Positions 1 to 11,025 of a stretch of DNA of 64,000 nucleotides are shown here, in pieces. The stretch lies in assembly GCA_029259175.1 (NCBI GenBank), contig JAPDJH010000004.1, positions 128,001 to 192,000 on the forward strand. The letters run 5' to 3'. The translations under genes were made by a program, and so were the position numbers. The first letter of the stretch is position 1. The number at the start of each line of letters is the position of its first letter. This stretch comes from Hadesarchaea archaeon (GTDB lineage: Archaea > Hadarchaeota > Hadarchaeia > Hadarchaeales > Hadarchaeaceae). The notes under the pieces are model-generated. The model searched no databases. It was given only the letters and a program-made list of their open reading frames with translations, and was not told the DNA's origin.

Positions 1-187
1 ACGTCTCGGGATCCGGACCGGAGAGAAACTTTTGGTGGCGAGTAGGGGGAAAGAAATCCTGCTCAGGCGGCCGGAACTTTCACTCGAAGAGACCGGAGAA
101 AAGGTAGAGAAGCTCGCGAAGGAGAAAGGGGTCGACATCGATAGACTGATTTCTGAGGCGCTGGAATGGGCGAGAAAATCCGGATAG
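1..187 (+). CDS. AbrB/MazE-type antitoxin (5'-truncated by window edge)
   Basis: Frame from nt 2 reads RLGIRTGEKLLVASRGKEILLRR...EWARKSG*, an AbrB-like LGIxxGxxL pattern; overlaps the start of the downstream PIN gene. Confidence 0.7.
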   Translation, partial: RLGIRTGEKLLVASRGKEILLRRPELSLEETGEKVEKLAKEKGVDIDRLISEALEWARKSG

Positions 188-591
188 TTTTGGACACGAA
201 TGTATGGGTGTCGATTTTCACTAAAAAGGCTTTAAGCAGGGAATTCACCCGGGTTTTTGCAGATGAGAAAGTCCAAGTTTTTATCTCTAAAGAAATTCTG
301 AACGAGATATCAAAAGTCTTGGTATATCCCAAACTCGCTGAACTGTTCAAGCGTGCTGGAACGCATCCGCGAGAAATCTTGAAAACAATCGTGGAGAACA
401 GTACGCCAGTAAAACCCAAACGGAGAGTGAAAATCATAAAGGAAGATCCAGCGGATAACAGAATACTCGAATGCGCTCTTGAAGCCAATTGCGACTTTAT
501 TGTCAGCGGAGACAAACATCTGCTCAGACTGAGGAAGTTTAAAAGGACCCGAATTTTGTCGCCTAGGGAATTTGTAGAACTTATAAGCTAG
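166..591 (+). CDS. PIN-domain (VapC-like) toxin
   Basis: VLDTNVWVS, DPADNRILECA, IVSGDKHLL motifs. Confidence 0.9.
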   Translation: MGEKIRIVLDTNVWVSIFTKKALSREFTRVFADEKVQVFISKEILNEISKVLVYPKLAELFKRAGTHPREILKTIVENSTPVKPKRRVKIIKEDPADNRILECALEANCDFIVSGDKHLLRLRKFKRTRILSPREFVELIS

Positions 592-741
592 GCTCGAGCG
601 ACAAGGGTTTGTGGAGAACAATTAAGAGGATCGATGTCCGGTTAGTCCTGTGAGAAAGCCAATCACTTACAAAATAGCTTACGGTGTCTGGTTCCAGCAA
701 GACACCTTTCATATATTTTTTTACCCTAATGAGTTGGGAAA

Positions 742-1671
742 ATGGGCGCGAAGATAGTCGGTTTGGGTGTGTGCTCCATCGACCAGTTCGTGCTCGTCGA
801 CGAGTTCTGCAGACCTGACGACAAGGTATGGGTGCGCGGGTTTGTCCGCCAGTGTGGCGGTGTGGTGGCCAACTTCTGCGTGGGCGTTGCGCGGATGGGC
901 GTAAGATCCGGGTTCATGGGATCGGCCGGAAACGATCGGGAAGGAAGAGAAATCCTGCAAAACTTCAGGCGAGAAGGCGTGGACACAGGGGACTTCGCGC
1001 TCAAGTCCGATACTAGAACCCCCGTCAACATCATCGTGGTGGACTCCCATGGCAGCAGGCAGATTCTGCAGGACCCCTACATGGAGCGGAACGTGTTGCG
1101 GCCGCGCGAGGTCAGACCGGAATATGTGGAGCGGGCAGACGTCTTCCACACGGACGCCGTTAACATCTCGACTGCCAAGCGGTGTATGCAGATCGTGGAA
1201 AGAGCCGGCACCACCGTGTCCTTCGATCTAGAGCGTCACGTGGCCGTCTACGGTATGCGGACAGTTCGACCTTTAATCCAGCTGACTGACATTCTCCTTC
1301 CAAATCGCCGGGGCGCGCTGGAACTCACCAACGAAACAAACGTGGCTCGAGCGGCTCGCAAGCTCCTTCGGCTCGGACCACAGGTGGTAGTCGTGACACT
1401 CGGCGAGCGCGGAGCCCTGCTGGTCACAGAAAAGGAAGAACTCCGCATTCCAATATATCGGGTGCGAAACGTGGCTGATACGACTGGGGCAGGAGACTGT
1501 TTCAACTCGGCGTTCGTGAGCGCGCTTCACAAAGGGATGACTCCACGGGAAGCCGCCGATTTTGCAGCTGCTGCGGCAGCGCTCTCAGTTACCAAAGTAG
1601 GCGCACAGACCATGCCGAGGTGGAAAGAAGTCGAGGAATTCATTAGGTCCAACCCGCCACGAGGAAAGTAA
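742..1671 (+). CDS. PfkB/ribokinase-family carbohydrate kinase
   Basis: GGVVAN, VTLGERG, DTTGAGDCF motifs. Confidence 0.9.
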   Translation: MGAKIVGLGVCSIDQFVLVDEFCRPDDKVWVRGFVRQCGGVVANFCVGVARMGVRSGFMGSAGNDREGREILQNFRREGVDTGDFALKSDTRTPVNIIVVDSHGSRQILQDPYMERNVLRPREVRPEYVERADVFHTDAVNISTAKRCMQIVERAGTTVSFDLERHVAVYGMRTVRPLIQLTDILLPNRRGALELTNETNVARAARKLLRLGPQVVVVTLGERGALLVTEKEELRIPIYRVRNVADTTGAGDCFNSAFVSALHKGMTPREAADFAAAAAALSVTKVGAQTMPRWKEVEEFIRSNPPRGK

Positions 1672-1733
1672 CGATTTGTCCTTCGGTTTAGGTTGATATT
1701 GCAGACCACAATTTTGATCTAAAAATGAGACTA

Positions 1734-2165
1734 TCACGCCCGATAATAACAGATGCGCAGTGCCTCGTCGTAGATTTTGAGTTCGGGAAGGCGTTTGGCT
1801 TGCTCGGGCGTGATCCCGTCCGCGCGTCGCCACCCGTGCATGAAGGCGTTTGCGCGCAATCCAAAGTCGAGCTTACGCAACAAGCAGTTGGTGTCGGCCT
1901 GAATCTCTTGGATTCTCTTCAGGGTGCACGCGGTGTCCCTTTGCACGCGTTTGATCTCCTCTTGGGTCCGGCTGATCTTGACCAGGCAGCACTCGAGCTT
2001 CCGGAGGATGCGCTGGGTCTGCCGGTTGGAGTTCCGGATGATCCTCTGGGTTTGTCTGTTCGAATTCCAAATGATTCGCTGGGTCTGGTAATTGCTCAAC
2101 ACGACGGTCACGATTATCGGCAGGGTGATCGTCAGCACCGCCGTAAGAGCTTCCATCACATCCAT
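1734..2165 (-). CDS. Membrane-anchored coiled-coil protein with 11-aa repeats
   Basis: N-terminal hydrophobic helix followed by SNxQTQRI repeated three times at 11-aa spacing. Confidence 0.6.
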   Translation of the reverse strand: MDVMEALTAVLTITLPIIVTVVLSNYQTQRIIWNSNRQTQRIIRNSNRQTQRILRKLECCLVKISRTQEEIKRVQRDTACTLKRIQEIQADTNCLLRKLDFGLRANAFMHGWRRADGITPEQAKRLPELKIYDEALRICYYRA

Positions 2166-2260
2166 TATCTTTTTACCCTCCGCTCATTTCTCGCTTTCGC
2201 TTTGCGCGAAGGTTGTTTAAAGGAGAAAAGAGGCAGCATCAATTTTCGAAACAAAACAAG

Positions 2261-2335
2261 CGGGCCCGGCGGGATTCGAACCCGCGACTTGCAGCTTAGG
2301 AGGCTGCCGCCCTATCCAGGCTAGGCCACGGGCCC
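2261..2335 (-). tRNA. tRNA-Arg(CCT)
   Basis: Cloverleaf GGGCCCG...GCAGC-CTCCTAA-GCTGC...GGTTCGAATCC. Confidence 0.95.
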
Positions 2336-2386
2336 CAAACTTCTCTAGCTTAGGTTTAATATCTCAATAACTGTAAACTTTTTCCG

Positions 2387-3739
2387 ATGAAGAAGCTCTT
2401 CGGAACTTTTGGGGTCAGAGGAATAGTCAACCGTGAACTCACTCCCGAACTCGCATACAAGCTGGGCTTGGCCCTCGCGACCCATCTGGGAAACCGTGGC
2501 AAAGTCGCGATAGGACGAGACAATCGGACCTCCGGTTTCATGTTTGAAAGCAGCGTGGTCGCCGGGCTGCTCGCGGGCGGCTGCGACGTCCTTCGGCTTG
2601 GATTGACCCCCACGCCAGTCCTGAGCTTCTCCATCCACCACTTCAAATGCGACGCCGGAGTGATAATCACCGCCTCGCATAACCCACCCGAATACAACGG
2701 AATCAAACTCTGGGGCAGCGATGGCGCCGGTTTTGAGCGCCAGCGGGAGCGGGAAATCGAAAAAATCGTTGAAACCGGGGGCACAACTGTTGGGTGGGAT
2801 AGAATAGGCAAAGCTCTGTCAGCCGACGCGGTTTCCGCCTACACGCGTGCATTGCTTCAACGAGTTCCGAAAATCAAACGGAAACTGCGGGTGGTTGTGG
2901 ACTGCGGCAGTGCCGTTGGATCTCTCGTCACCCCTTACGTGCTGCGCGAACTCGGATGTGAGGTCATCTCCATGAACTCTCAGCTCGACGGCACTTTTCC
3001 CGGCAGGAAGCTCGAGCCCGTTCCGGAGAATCTCCAAGACCTCGCCAAAACCGTTGTGGCGTGTGGAGCTGATCTTGGAATCGCGCACGACGGAGACGCG
3101 GATCGAACCCTGATCGCAGACGAAAAGGGGAACCTGCTGAGCGGGGACCGTGTTTTCGCCTTTGCTGCTCTCAATTATCTACAACATCGAAAACGTCCGA
3201 GAATAATAACCACTGTGGCAACCAGCAAGGTCATAGACGATGTTGCGCAAAAATTGAACGGCCAAGTAGTGAGAACGCGTGTAGGCGAGCCGGAAATCGT
3301 CGGCGAGTACAAGCGAAACGGAGGAGACATCGGGGGAGAAGAGAACGGAGGGGTGCTTTTCTTTGACTGGACGCCCTGCAGGGATGGAATAATGACAGCC
3401 GTTCAGTTTGTGCTGGCGTTGGCTGAGAGCGAAACCACCGTGTCCGAATTGAACTCGACCCTCCCCCAGTACCACCAGGTAAAACAACGCATAGAGTGTC
3501 CGAACGAACTCAAACCTCGTGTGCTGCAGCAGTTGTCCGAGCAGGAATGGGAGGGTCAGCTCACAACCATCGACGGTATAAGAATCGATTTCGATGACGG
3601 GTGGCTACTCCTAAGACCATCGGGAACCGAGCCGATTTTCAGGTGTTTCGCTGAAGCCAAAACGGCCAAGCGAGCCGCAGAACTGGCTGAACTTGGGATG
3701 GCACGGCTAAAGGAAGCCGTCGAAAAAAGTAGCAGTTAG
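2387..3739 (+). CDS. glmM: Phosphoglucosamine mutase / phosphohexomutase
   Basis: FGTFGVRG, TASHNP, DGDADR, RPSGTEP motifs. Confidence 0.85.
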   Translation: MKKLFGTFGVRGIVNRELTPELAYKLGLALATHLGNRGKVAIGRDNRTSGFMFESSVVAGLLAGGCDVLRLGLTPTPVLSFSIHHFKCDAGVIITASHNPPEYNGIKLWGSDGAGFERQREREIEKIVETGGTTVGWDRIGKALSADAVSAYTRALLQRVPKIKRKLRVVVDCGSAVGSLVTPYVLRELGCEVISMNSQLDGTFPGRKLEPVPENLQDLAKTVVACGADLGIAHDGDADRTLIADEKGNLLSGDRVFAFAALNYLQHRKRPRIITTVATSKVIDDVAQKLNGQVVRTRVGEPEIVGEYKRNGGDIGGEENGGVLFFDWTPCRDGIMTAVQFVLALAESETTVSELNSTLPQYHQVKQRIECPNELKPRVLQQLSEQEWEGQLTTIDGIRIDFDDGWLLLRPSGTEPIFRCFAEAKTAKRAAELAELGMARLKEAVEKSSS

Positions 3740-4776
3740 AAGAACCACCGCTGCCCGCTCACGCGTTCTCCCACTATGGGTATCCTTTCCCCACAGTTCG
3801 GGCATTTCTTGTTCCGCAGCTCGTAGCGCTGTATAACGAATCCGTATCGCTCTATTAGCAATTTGCCGCATTTGGGGCAATAGGTGTTATCAAACTCGTG
3901 GCCAGGAACATTTCCTATGTACACGAATTTTGCTCCTTTCTCCTTGGCCAACTGAGCCGCCCTCTCCAAGCTGCGAACGGGAGTCGCTTCTCTGTCTGTG
4001 AGCTTGTAGTGAGGATAAAAACGGCTGAAGTGAACCGGGACATCTGGGCCGAGCTTTTCCACCACCCAGTCGCAGAACTCGCCGATTTCCTTCTCCGAAT
4101 CATTTTCTCTCGGAATAACGAGATAGGTGACCTCCAGATGGATTCCGTGCTCCACCATCCACTCACAAGTTTGTAGAACGGGAGTGATTCCGGGAACCCC
4201 ACATATTCTTCGGTAGAAATCGTCCGAAAAGGCCTTCACGTCCACGTTTGCCGCATCCAGATAGGGGGCCAGCTCTTCCAAAGCCTCGACCGTGATATAT
4301 CCGTTCGACACGTAGGTGTTGTAAAGCCCCTCGCGTTTTGCCAACTTGCCCACATCGATCGCGTATTCGGTCCAAATGGTTGGCTCGGTATAGGTGTGGG
4401 AGATCCCCTGGGCATCGGCTCGCTTAGCGATCCGAATTAATTCATCTGGCGCGACATCTTCTGTTTCCACCTGAGCCACGTCGGTTTGGGAGATGGACCA
4501 GTTCTGACAGTGCAAACACGAAAAGTTACAACCGGGAGCGGCGATGGAGAGCACCCCGCTCCCCGGCCAGAAGTGATAGAGCGGTTTCTTCTCTATGGGA
4601 TCGACAGCCATTGAAACGAGCGACCCATAAACCAGCGAGTAAAGCTTTCCATCTTCGTTTTTCCGTGCACGACAGGCCCCCATTCTGCCAAGAGGAATTT
4701 TGCACTTGCGAGCGCACAGAAAACAAAATACCGACTGGTTCGGCCCAGGTCTCCAAAACTTGGCTTCGTGTTTCAT
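3736..4776 (-). CDS. amrS: AmmeMemoRadiSam system radical SAM enzyme
   Basis: DPIEKKPLYHF, CNFSCLHC, YTEPT; start taken at MKHEAK. Confidence 0.88.
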   Translation of the reverse strand: MKHEAKFWRPGPNQSVFCFLCARKCKIPLGRMGACRARKNEDGKLYSLVYGSLVSMAVDPIEKKPLYHFWPGSGVLSIAAPGCNFSCLHCQNWSISQTDVAQVETEDVAPDELIRIAKRADAQGISHTYTEPTIWTEYAIDVGKLAKREGLYNTYVSNGYITVEALEELAPYLDAANVDVKAFSDDFYRRICGVPGITPVLQTCEWMVEHGIHLEVTYLVIPRENDSEKEIGEFCDWVVEKLGPDVPVHFSRFYPHYKLTDREATPVRSLERAAQLAKEKGAKFVYIGNVPGHEFDNTYCPKCGKLLIERYGFVIQRYELRNKKCPNCGERIPIVGERVSGQRWFF

Positions 4777-4925
4777 GCGCTCACCCGGAACTCGTGCCTG
4801 CACCTAGGACACTTTATCAGCGGACATCCGCCAACTGAGTTCGGACATCCGCTGCACGCAGTAATGCGGCCGTAAGAGCGATCGAACTTAAAACCGCACC
4901 GAGGACAGGTTTCAGCCATCACCAT
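4773..4925 (-). CDS. Small Cys-rich metal-binding protein (50 aa, not in ORF track)
   Basis: MVMAETCPRCGFKFDRSYGRITACSGCPNSVGGCPLIKCPRCRHEFRVSA*; stop overlaps amrS start (ATGA). Confidence 0.75.
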   Translation of the reverse strand: MVMAETCPRCGFKFDRSYGRITACSGCPNSVGGCPLIKCPRCRHEFRVSA

Positions 4926-4990
4926 TCTCTTGGCTTTCCATCCTTATAGACACGTTTTTCAACTCAGATACCCACAGATTTCAGGATTCG

Positions 4991-5245
4991 ATGACACCAT
5001 CGCAAGAGGAAGTGAGAAAAAGCGCCGAAGAAATAGTGGAAGAGTTCGTCCGGCTAACACAGGATCTGCCCGCGGTTGAGGAGCAATACTACCTGGGAGG
5101 ATCGGTGAATATCACTAGGCCCGATGGAGAGCCGACCTCGTCTGAAACGAGAACGGAGTTCAGAAATCGTTTCCTTTCGACCGCGCCCGGTTCTGACGAA
5201 GAGGGCTACATCAAGGTGGAGGTCGCCCGATGGGTCGAACCCTAG
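4991..5245 (+). CDS. gatC: Asp/Glu-tRNA amidotransferase subunit C
   Basis: Small protein directly upstream of gatA/gatB with archaeal GatC-like layout. Confidence 0.7.
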   Translation: MTPSQEEVRKSAEEIVEEFVRLTQDLPAVEEQYYLGGSVNITRPDGEPTSSETRTEFRNRFLSTAPGSDEEGYIKVEVARWVEP

Positions 5246-6597
5246 AGATCCGCGAACAAATCCGGCGTGGAGAAGTCTCCGTGGTGGGGCGAGTCCAACA
5301 ATTCATTGAACGGATCAAAAAAGAGGATAAGAAAATCAACTCCTTTATCGAGCTCAATCCTCAAGCGATCGCTGAAGCGGAGCGCGTGGAAAAAAAGCTC
5401 AGGAGTGGTGAGCGAGTAGGACGGCTCGCAGGGCTGATCGTTGGAGTAAAATCCAACATCAACGTGAAGGGACTGCGAGCCACGTGCGCATCTAGAACGC
5501 TGGAGGATTACGTTGCACCCTACGACGCAGAGGTGATCAAACGAATACGCCAAGAGGATGCGGTGATCATCGGGATGCAAAACATGGACGAATTCGCGTG
5601 CGGTTCCAGCGGTGAAACCAGCGCTTTTGGTCCGACTCAAAATCCTGCAGCTCCGGGCCGAATACCGGGTGGCTCCAGCAGTGGAAGCGCTGCCGCCATC
5701 GCTGCAGGATTCTGTGATCTGAGCTTGGGAACAGACACTGGCGGATCAATCCGGAACCCCTCGAGCCACTGTGGTGTGGTGGGGATCAAACCAACCTATG
5801 GTCTTGTCCCGCGTCAGGGGCTGATCGACCTCGGAATGAGCCTAGACCAGATAGGACCCATTGCGCCAGACGTTGAAGGAGCAGCGCTTTTGCTTGAAAT
5901 CATCGCTGGGCGCACCCAAAACGAATGCGTAATGCTCCCCGTGGATCGCGTAGAATATCTCTCCAGACTAAACAGAGGAATCAAAGGTATGCGAATCGGA
6001 ACAAGTTCGAAGTTTGCAGAACTCACAGACCCGAAGATAATGGCCGTCATAGACAAAGCGTTGGACAAACTGCGAGATCTGGGAGCAGAAATCGTCGAGG
6101 TCGAGCTGCCCAATCTGGAAAAAGCCATGCCAACGTATTACCTGATTGTGTCCGTTGAGTTTTTCTCTGCGACCCGAAAATACGACGGCAGAAAATATGG
6201 GAAGCGGATCGAGGAGGTGTGTGGAGAGGAAGTGCTGAGGCGGATTTTGCGGGGGGCACACATCAGTCGGAGAGAATACCGAGGAAAGTTCTACCAGCGG
6301 GCTCTGCAGGTCCGTACTCTCATAAGAGAAGAACTCATGCGTGCGTTGCAACACGTTGATGTGCTTGTGGGGCCCACCGTTCCAAAGCTGCCGCACCGCT
6401 TGGGAGACAAACTCACTCCGATGGAGATGTACGGATATGACTATCTGACAGTTCCGGCAAACCTGGCGGGAATCTGCGGAGGGGTGATAAAGGCCGGTGA
6501 GGTGAACGGGATTCCCGTGGGGCTTCAGATCCAAGGAAAGCCGCTGGGCGAGCTGGATGTGCTCCGCGTGATGAAAGCGATGGAGGAAACCGCATGA
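5230..6597 (+). CDS. gatA: Amidotransferase subunit A
   Basis: Amidase signature GGSSSGS, GTDTGGSIRNP, GIKPTYG. Confidence 0.93.
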   Translation: MGRTLEIREQIRRGEVSVVGRVQQFIERIKKEDKKINSFIELNPQAIAEAERVEKKLRSGERVGRLAGLIVGVKSNINVKGLRATCASRTLEDYVAPYDAEVIKRIRQEDAVIIGMQNMDEFACGSSGETSAFGPTQNPAAPGRIPGGSSSGSAAAIAAGFCDLSLGTDTGGSIRNPSSHCGVVGIKPTYGLVPRQGLIDLGMSLDQIGPIAPDVEGAALLLEIIAGRTQNECVMLPVDRVEYLSRLNRGIKGMRIGTSSKFAELTDPKIMAVIDKALDKLRDLGAEIVEVELPNLEKAMPTYYLIVSVEFFSATRKYDGRKYGKRIEEVCGEEVLRRILRGAHISRREYRGKFYQRALQVRTLIREELMRALQHVDVLVGPTVPKLPHRLGDKLTPMEMYGYDYLTVPANLAGICGGVIKAGEVNGIPVGLQIQGKPLGELDVLRVMKAMEETA

Positions 6598-7967
6598 GGG
6601 TGAAAATCGGATTTGAAGTCCATCTCCAGCTCAAAACAGAACGCAAACTGTACTGCAACTGTCCAGCAAACTATCAGGACGTGCCGCCGAACACCAACGT
6701 GTGTCCCATATGCACAGGCATGCCGGGGGCAAAGCCGCTGCCACCGAACGAGCAAGCGATCGATGCCGCTATCGAGATAGGACTCATGCTTGGATGCAGG
6801 ATTCTAACCGACCGCACCATCTACATCCAGCGCAAACACTATGACTATCCCGATCTCCCCTCGGGCTATCAGCGAACCAGTCAACCGATCGCCGTGGACG
6901 GAGAGCTGTCTGGAGTGAGGATAAGAGAAGTGCACTTGGAGGAGGATCCCGGACAGTACGATCCCGTAGCTGGAAGAGTGGACTTCAACCGTTCTGGCGT
7001 TCCTCTCGTGGAAATAGTCACGGAACCCGACATCAAATCGCCCGATGAGGCACGGGAATTCCTGAAGCTTCTCACGCGGGCGTTGGAATACACCGGAAAG
7101 GTGAGGCCCGAAGGCGGTGGTGCAATGCGGGCCGATGTGAACATCTCACTTGAGGGCGGTGGCAGAGTTGAAGTGAAAAACATCAACTCGATCCATGGGG
7201 CCTTCCGGGCGCTTAACTACGAAATCATGCGACAAAAAAGGAAGCTAGAACGAGGTGAGAGGGTAGAGCGGGAAACACGAGCCTATCTCGAGAGTCAAAT
7301 GATAACCGTTCCCATGCGTGCCAAAGAGATGGAGGAAGACTATCGGTATATTCCAGATCCAGACTTGTTCCCCCTGAGAATCAGCAACCAGAAGGTTGAA
7401 GCGATCAGGCGCCAGATGCCCGAGGCGCCCCATCTGCGGTTCAAACGCATTGTGGCCCAGTACAACATCAACGAAGAAGCTGCGGAGGTGATAGTAAGCG
7501 AGCGCGAGTTGGCCGATCTCTTCGAGCAAGTGGCTCAGCGGGTCAGCCCACACTTGGCAGCGACCTGGTTTAGAACCAAATTGAAGAAAGTCTTGAACTA
7601 TCACGGGATGAGAGCTGCCGATGTGAAGTTCACGAGCGCTCAACTCGCCGAGCTTCTACAGCTGGTAGAGCGAAAGGAGATCACGCCAGAACAGGGAGAA
7701 CTCGTGCTCCGAGAGCTGGTCGTTGATCCACGGTCGCCGCGTGCTCTCCTCGAAAAACTCGGACTAAAACCGTTGAAACCCGCAGATATAGAAAAACTCA
7801 TTCATGCTGTGATCGAAGAAAACCAGCCGGCAGTGCGCGATTATCTTTCAGGCAAAACCGAGGCGCTGAACTTTTTGGTTGGACAAGTGATGCGAGCGAG
7901 CAAAGGAAAGGCAGATCCGCGAGAAATCCGAAAGCGGATAGAGGAAATCCTGAAGGAAGGTCGTTAA
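6594..7967 (+). CDS. gatB: Amidotransferase subunit B
   Basis: [38 protein letters not shown]. Confidence 0.95.
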   Translation: MRVKIGFEVHLQLKTERKLYCNCPANYQDVPPNTNVCPICTGMPGAKPLPPNEQAIDAAIEIGLMLGCRILTDRTIYIQRKHYDYPDLPSGYQRTSQPIAVDGELSGVRIREVHLEEDPGQYDPVAGRVDFNRSGVPLVEIVTEPDIKSPDEAREFLKLLTRALEYTGKVRPEGGGAMRADVNISLEGGGRVEVKNINSIHGAFRALNYEIMRQKRKLERGERVERETRAYLESQMITVPMRAKEMEEDYRYIPDPDLFPLRISNQKVEAIRRQMPEAPHLRFKRIVAQYNINEEAAEVIVSERELADLFEQVAQRVSPHLAATWFRTKLKKVLNYHGMRAADVKFTSAQLAELLQLVERKEITPEQGELVLRELVVDPRSPRALLEKLGLKPLKPADIEKLIHAVIEENQPAVRDYLSGKTEALNFLVGQVMRASKGKADPREIRKRIEEILKEGR

Positions 7968-9169
7968 TAGCCGTACATCTTCTCTGGCTTGGACGAGTAT
8001 CCGGGAACCTCAAACTCGCGCTGTGATGGGAGGACCTTTGCAATCGCTCGCTCGAAATCTGAGGTCTCTACGGTGTCCCTTCCGTCGCGGATTGCAAACA
8101 TCCCGGCTTCGGTGCAAATCGCCTTGATATCGGCTCCCGTGGCGTTGGATGCAAGTCTCGCTAGCTCTCTGAGATCCACGTCTTTCGCCAGATTCATGTT
8201 TCTCACGTGAATCCGAAAGATCGCCTCACGGGCCCGTTCGTCTGGTGGCGGGAAGTAAATGAGCCGGTCAAACCTGCCTGGTCTCAAAAGTGCTGGATCC
8301 AAGATATCCGGACGGTTGGTCGCCCCGATTACCTTCACATCTCCGCGGGCATCGAACCCATCTATCTCTGCCAGCAACTGCATCAGGGTGCGGTACACTT
8401 CTCGATCTCCGCTCGTGGAGTTCTCCAGTCGCCTGGCCCCAATGGCATCCAGCTCATCGATGAACACTACGGAGGGGGCCTTCTCCCGAGCCAATTCAAA
8501 AACCTCGCGGACGATTCTGGCCCCTTCCCCGATGTATTTCTGTACCAGCTCTGAGCCAATGGTCCGGATAAAAGTGGCTTTGGTTTCGTGTGCTACGGCC
8601 CGGGCCACTAGAGTCTTGCCAGTGCCCGGTGGACCGTAAAGCAACACGCCCTTGGGGGGATCGATTCCCACTTTATCGAAAAGCTCTGGCTTGAGCAGGG
8701 GGAGCTCCACTGTCTCGCGTATTTCACGAATCTGTTCCTCGAGTCCCCCAACATCATCATAGGTTACTGGCGGGATTTCTTCTATCTCCATTCCCAGCAC
8801 ATAGGGGTCTTTCTTCGATGGGAGGGCCTCAACAATCGCATAGGTGTGCTGGTTCAGCGCCACACGGGTGCCTGGCTTCAAGTCACCCGGATTCACCGAG
8901 CCGTGTACGCGCACCACAAAGCTCGGACCCGCGCTGCTCTTGACGATTGCGCGCCCGTCTTCGAGCACATCGATTACGGTGGCTGCCAGCAGGGGGGGCG
9001 TTTGCAATCGTTTTATCTCGTTTCGTAAGGAGGCGATCTCTCTGTCCAGGCGAAAACAGCGGGCCTCCAAGGCTCTTCTTTCGTGCTCAAGTTCTCGCAC
9101 TCTCTGCTCCAGACCCTGGACGTATTCCTCCACAAAATCTCCGTGGGGTTTACTTTTTGACCTCTCCAA
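7964..9169 (-). CDS. pan: Proteasome-activating nucleotidase
   Basis: N-terminal coiled coil/OB region, [27 protein letters not shown]. Confidence 0.93.
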   Translation of the reverse strand: MERSKSKPHGDFVEEYVQGLEQRVRELEHERRALEARCFRLDREIASLRNEIKRLQTPPLLAATVIDVLEDGRAIVKSSAGPSFVVRVHGSVNPGDLKPGTRVALNQHTYAIVEALPSKKDPYVLGMEIEEIPPVTYDDVGGLEEQIREIRETVELPLLKPELFDKVGIDPPKGVLLYGPPGTGKTLVARAVAHETKATFIRTIGSELVQKYIGEGARIVREVFELAREKAPSVVFIDELDAIGARRLENSTSGDREVYRTLMQLLAEIDGFDARGDVKVIGATNRPDILDPALLRPGRFDRLIYFPPPDERAREAIFRIHVRNMNLAKDVDLRELARLASNATGADIKAICTEAGMFAIRDGRDTVETSDFERAIAKVLPSQREFEVPGYSSKPEKMYGY

Positions 9170-9212
9170 CCTAGCACCTCAATATCCCTGTGGGAACACG
9201 CCTAATAAGACT

Positions 9213-11009
9213 TCACCATGCCCTCTTTCGACCAGCATACCACAGCATGCTGCACGCACCTGCAATCAGAGCGGCAACCGCTGCGATCAGAAACACCTGC
9301 AGATTCAGCATGCGGGAGGTGTAAGACGGCTTCTCACCGAGCACACCTATCACATCATAAGAAGCGTCTATCACCTGCTTGCTGAGATCGATTCTGAGAT
9401 CCGTGTTATCCACCGTATAGATCTCGTCCATCGCTCGGGATGCTTCATCGAACATCTGCTTCAGCTCTTGATTTTCTGATTCCTCCAGCAGACGAGAAGC
9501 AAACGAGAGAGCAGTTTGTGCGGCATTCACATAAAGCTCGACCGCTACATCCTTTGAAATCGGAGTTATGGACCAGCTGTCGGTGCACTCGGGAGCAGGC
9601 CCGAACGAGACGTAGCTCAGCCAGCTTTCGGTGTTTTGGATGCCCATCACGCTACGAGTTAAATGGATGGAATCCATTCTGGCAAAGTAGTCCCCGCTCG
9701 TTTCAGCCCATGTTGGATCAAAGGGCCGCCAGCCCGCTCCCGGAAGGTAGAGCTCCACCCACGCGTGGCCACGGAGATTCTCTTCCTCGTAATACCCCCA
9801 CCCGTAAACCGCTCTGGCAGGAATTCCGGCTGCTCGTGCCATTGTGATGAGCAAATCAGTGTATTCGCTACAGTCCCCCTGACGGTTGAGATAAGCCCAG
9901 AGAGCACCCCTTCGCTCCGTTTGGCTCTGATAATCAAGACGATCAACCACAAAATCCATCAGATTCTCAGCGGCCGCGTAGACATCTGATTTGTTGGTCA
10001 CCACTTCGTTGACAGCTTCTTGAATGTAGGGATTGTCCACCGGCCACCAGCGGTTGTCTCCATTCAAATACTCGGTAAGGGAAGAGGGGAGGTCGGACAG
10101 TTCTGAAATCTGAGCGGGGGTGAGGAGGGGATCGTGTACGCTCACTTCATATAACAGCTGGATGTGTATGGGGAGAACCGAAGTTGGGGACAAATCCCTC
10201 AAATCAAAAACCAAGTGAAGATTGTTGTCCTCATCGAAGTACAAATTCGATGGGTCTGGAGACACCAAAACCAGAGAGGAGAACTGCCAGCTGTTCTCCC
10301 TGTTCAGCACCACCACATCCAAAACAAAGCGCTCGGTAAAAGAATAAGCAGAAACCACATACGAGACATCCACCAAGTAGTATCCTGGGGTCTCATAAAA
10401 CTTGCACAGAACCCTATCAAAAACGTCGGATTCGTCGAACGAACTGGAAAAACGGAAGGTGGGAGGGTCGTACGACACTACTTCCATCTCTGGATTGGAA
10501 AGAAAGGGATACGTGTTTTCCGGCCCGATGACTGTTAGAGTGTAATTCTCACAACGTGTGGCAAAAGTGTTTCCCCACCCATGAACGCGGTATTCGAAGC
10601 CTGTGCCCCCAACGGCCCCCGGAGCCGTGTAGGAAATAAAGTACCTATAATCGCTTCTGGGCGAAATCCACCGTGTCTCGAATGATACCGACACTCCACT
10701 CTCATTCTCGTTCAAGGCGAACTCTAGAGGACCGGAATCGTCCCATACAGACAAATTTTCGATGCTCGACACGGGAATCAACCTGTTAATACTCAAGCGC
10801 ACAGATTTCGCAGAAGTGTTATGGTACACCTGCTGTTCGCTCACCAACAGATCTCTCTCTCGGGTGGCTTCCAGCGTTATCTCCCAGCTCTTATAATAAC
10901 CTGAGAGTGGTGCAGATGCTCCTATTGGAACAGAGGCTAACACCAGCAGCCAAATATACACCATACCGGCAATGGTCTTCCGCACTAGACCACACTTTAG
11001 ATTTAACAA
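9213..11009 (-). CDS. Membrane-anchored transglutaminase-like protein
   Basis: GDCSEY...HAWVE...FDPT catalytic triad; N- and C-terminal hydrophobic helices. Confidence 0.85.
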   Translation of the reverse strand: MLNLKCGLVRKTIAGMVYIWLLVLASVPIGASAPLSGYYKSWEITLEATRERDLLVSEQQVYHNTSAKSVRLSINRLIPVSSIENLSVWDDSGPLEFALNENESGVSVSFETRWISPRSDYRYFISYTAPGAVGGTGFEYRVHGWGNTFATRCENYTLTVIGPENTYPFLSNPEMEVVSYDPPTFRFSSSFDESDVFDRVLCKFYETPGYYLVDVSYVVSAYSFTERFVLDVVVLNRENSWQFSSLVLVSPDPSNLYFDEDNNLHLVFDLRDLSPTSVLPIHIQLLYEVSVHDPLLTPAQISELSDLPSSLTEYLNGDNRWWPVDNPYIQEAVNEVVTNKSDVYAAAENLMDFVVDRLDYQSQTERRGALWAYLNRQGDCSEYTDLLITMARAAGIPARAVYGWGYYEEENLRGHAWVELYLPGAGWRPFDPTWAETSGDYFARMDSIHLTRSVMGIQNTESWLSYVSFGPAPECTDSWSITPISKDVAVELYVNAAQTALSFASRLLEESENQELKQMFDEASRAMDEIYTVDNTDLRIDLSKQVIDASYDVIGVLGEKPSYTSRMLNLQVFLIAAVAALIAGACSMLWYAGRKRAW

Positions 11010-11025
11010 CCGTATTTAATTTGGT

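Noticed and set aside
6702-6716. TGTCCCATATGCACA partial match to the palindrome
   Set aside because: Lies inside gatB encoding the conserved CPICT motif and the right arm is broken; likely chance
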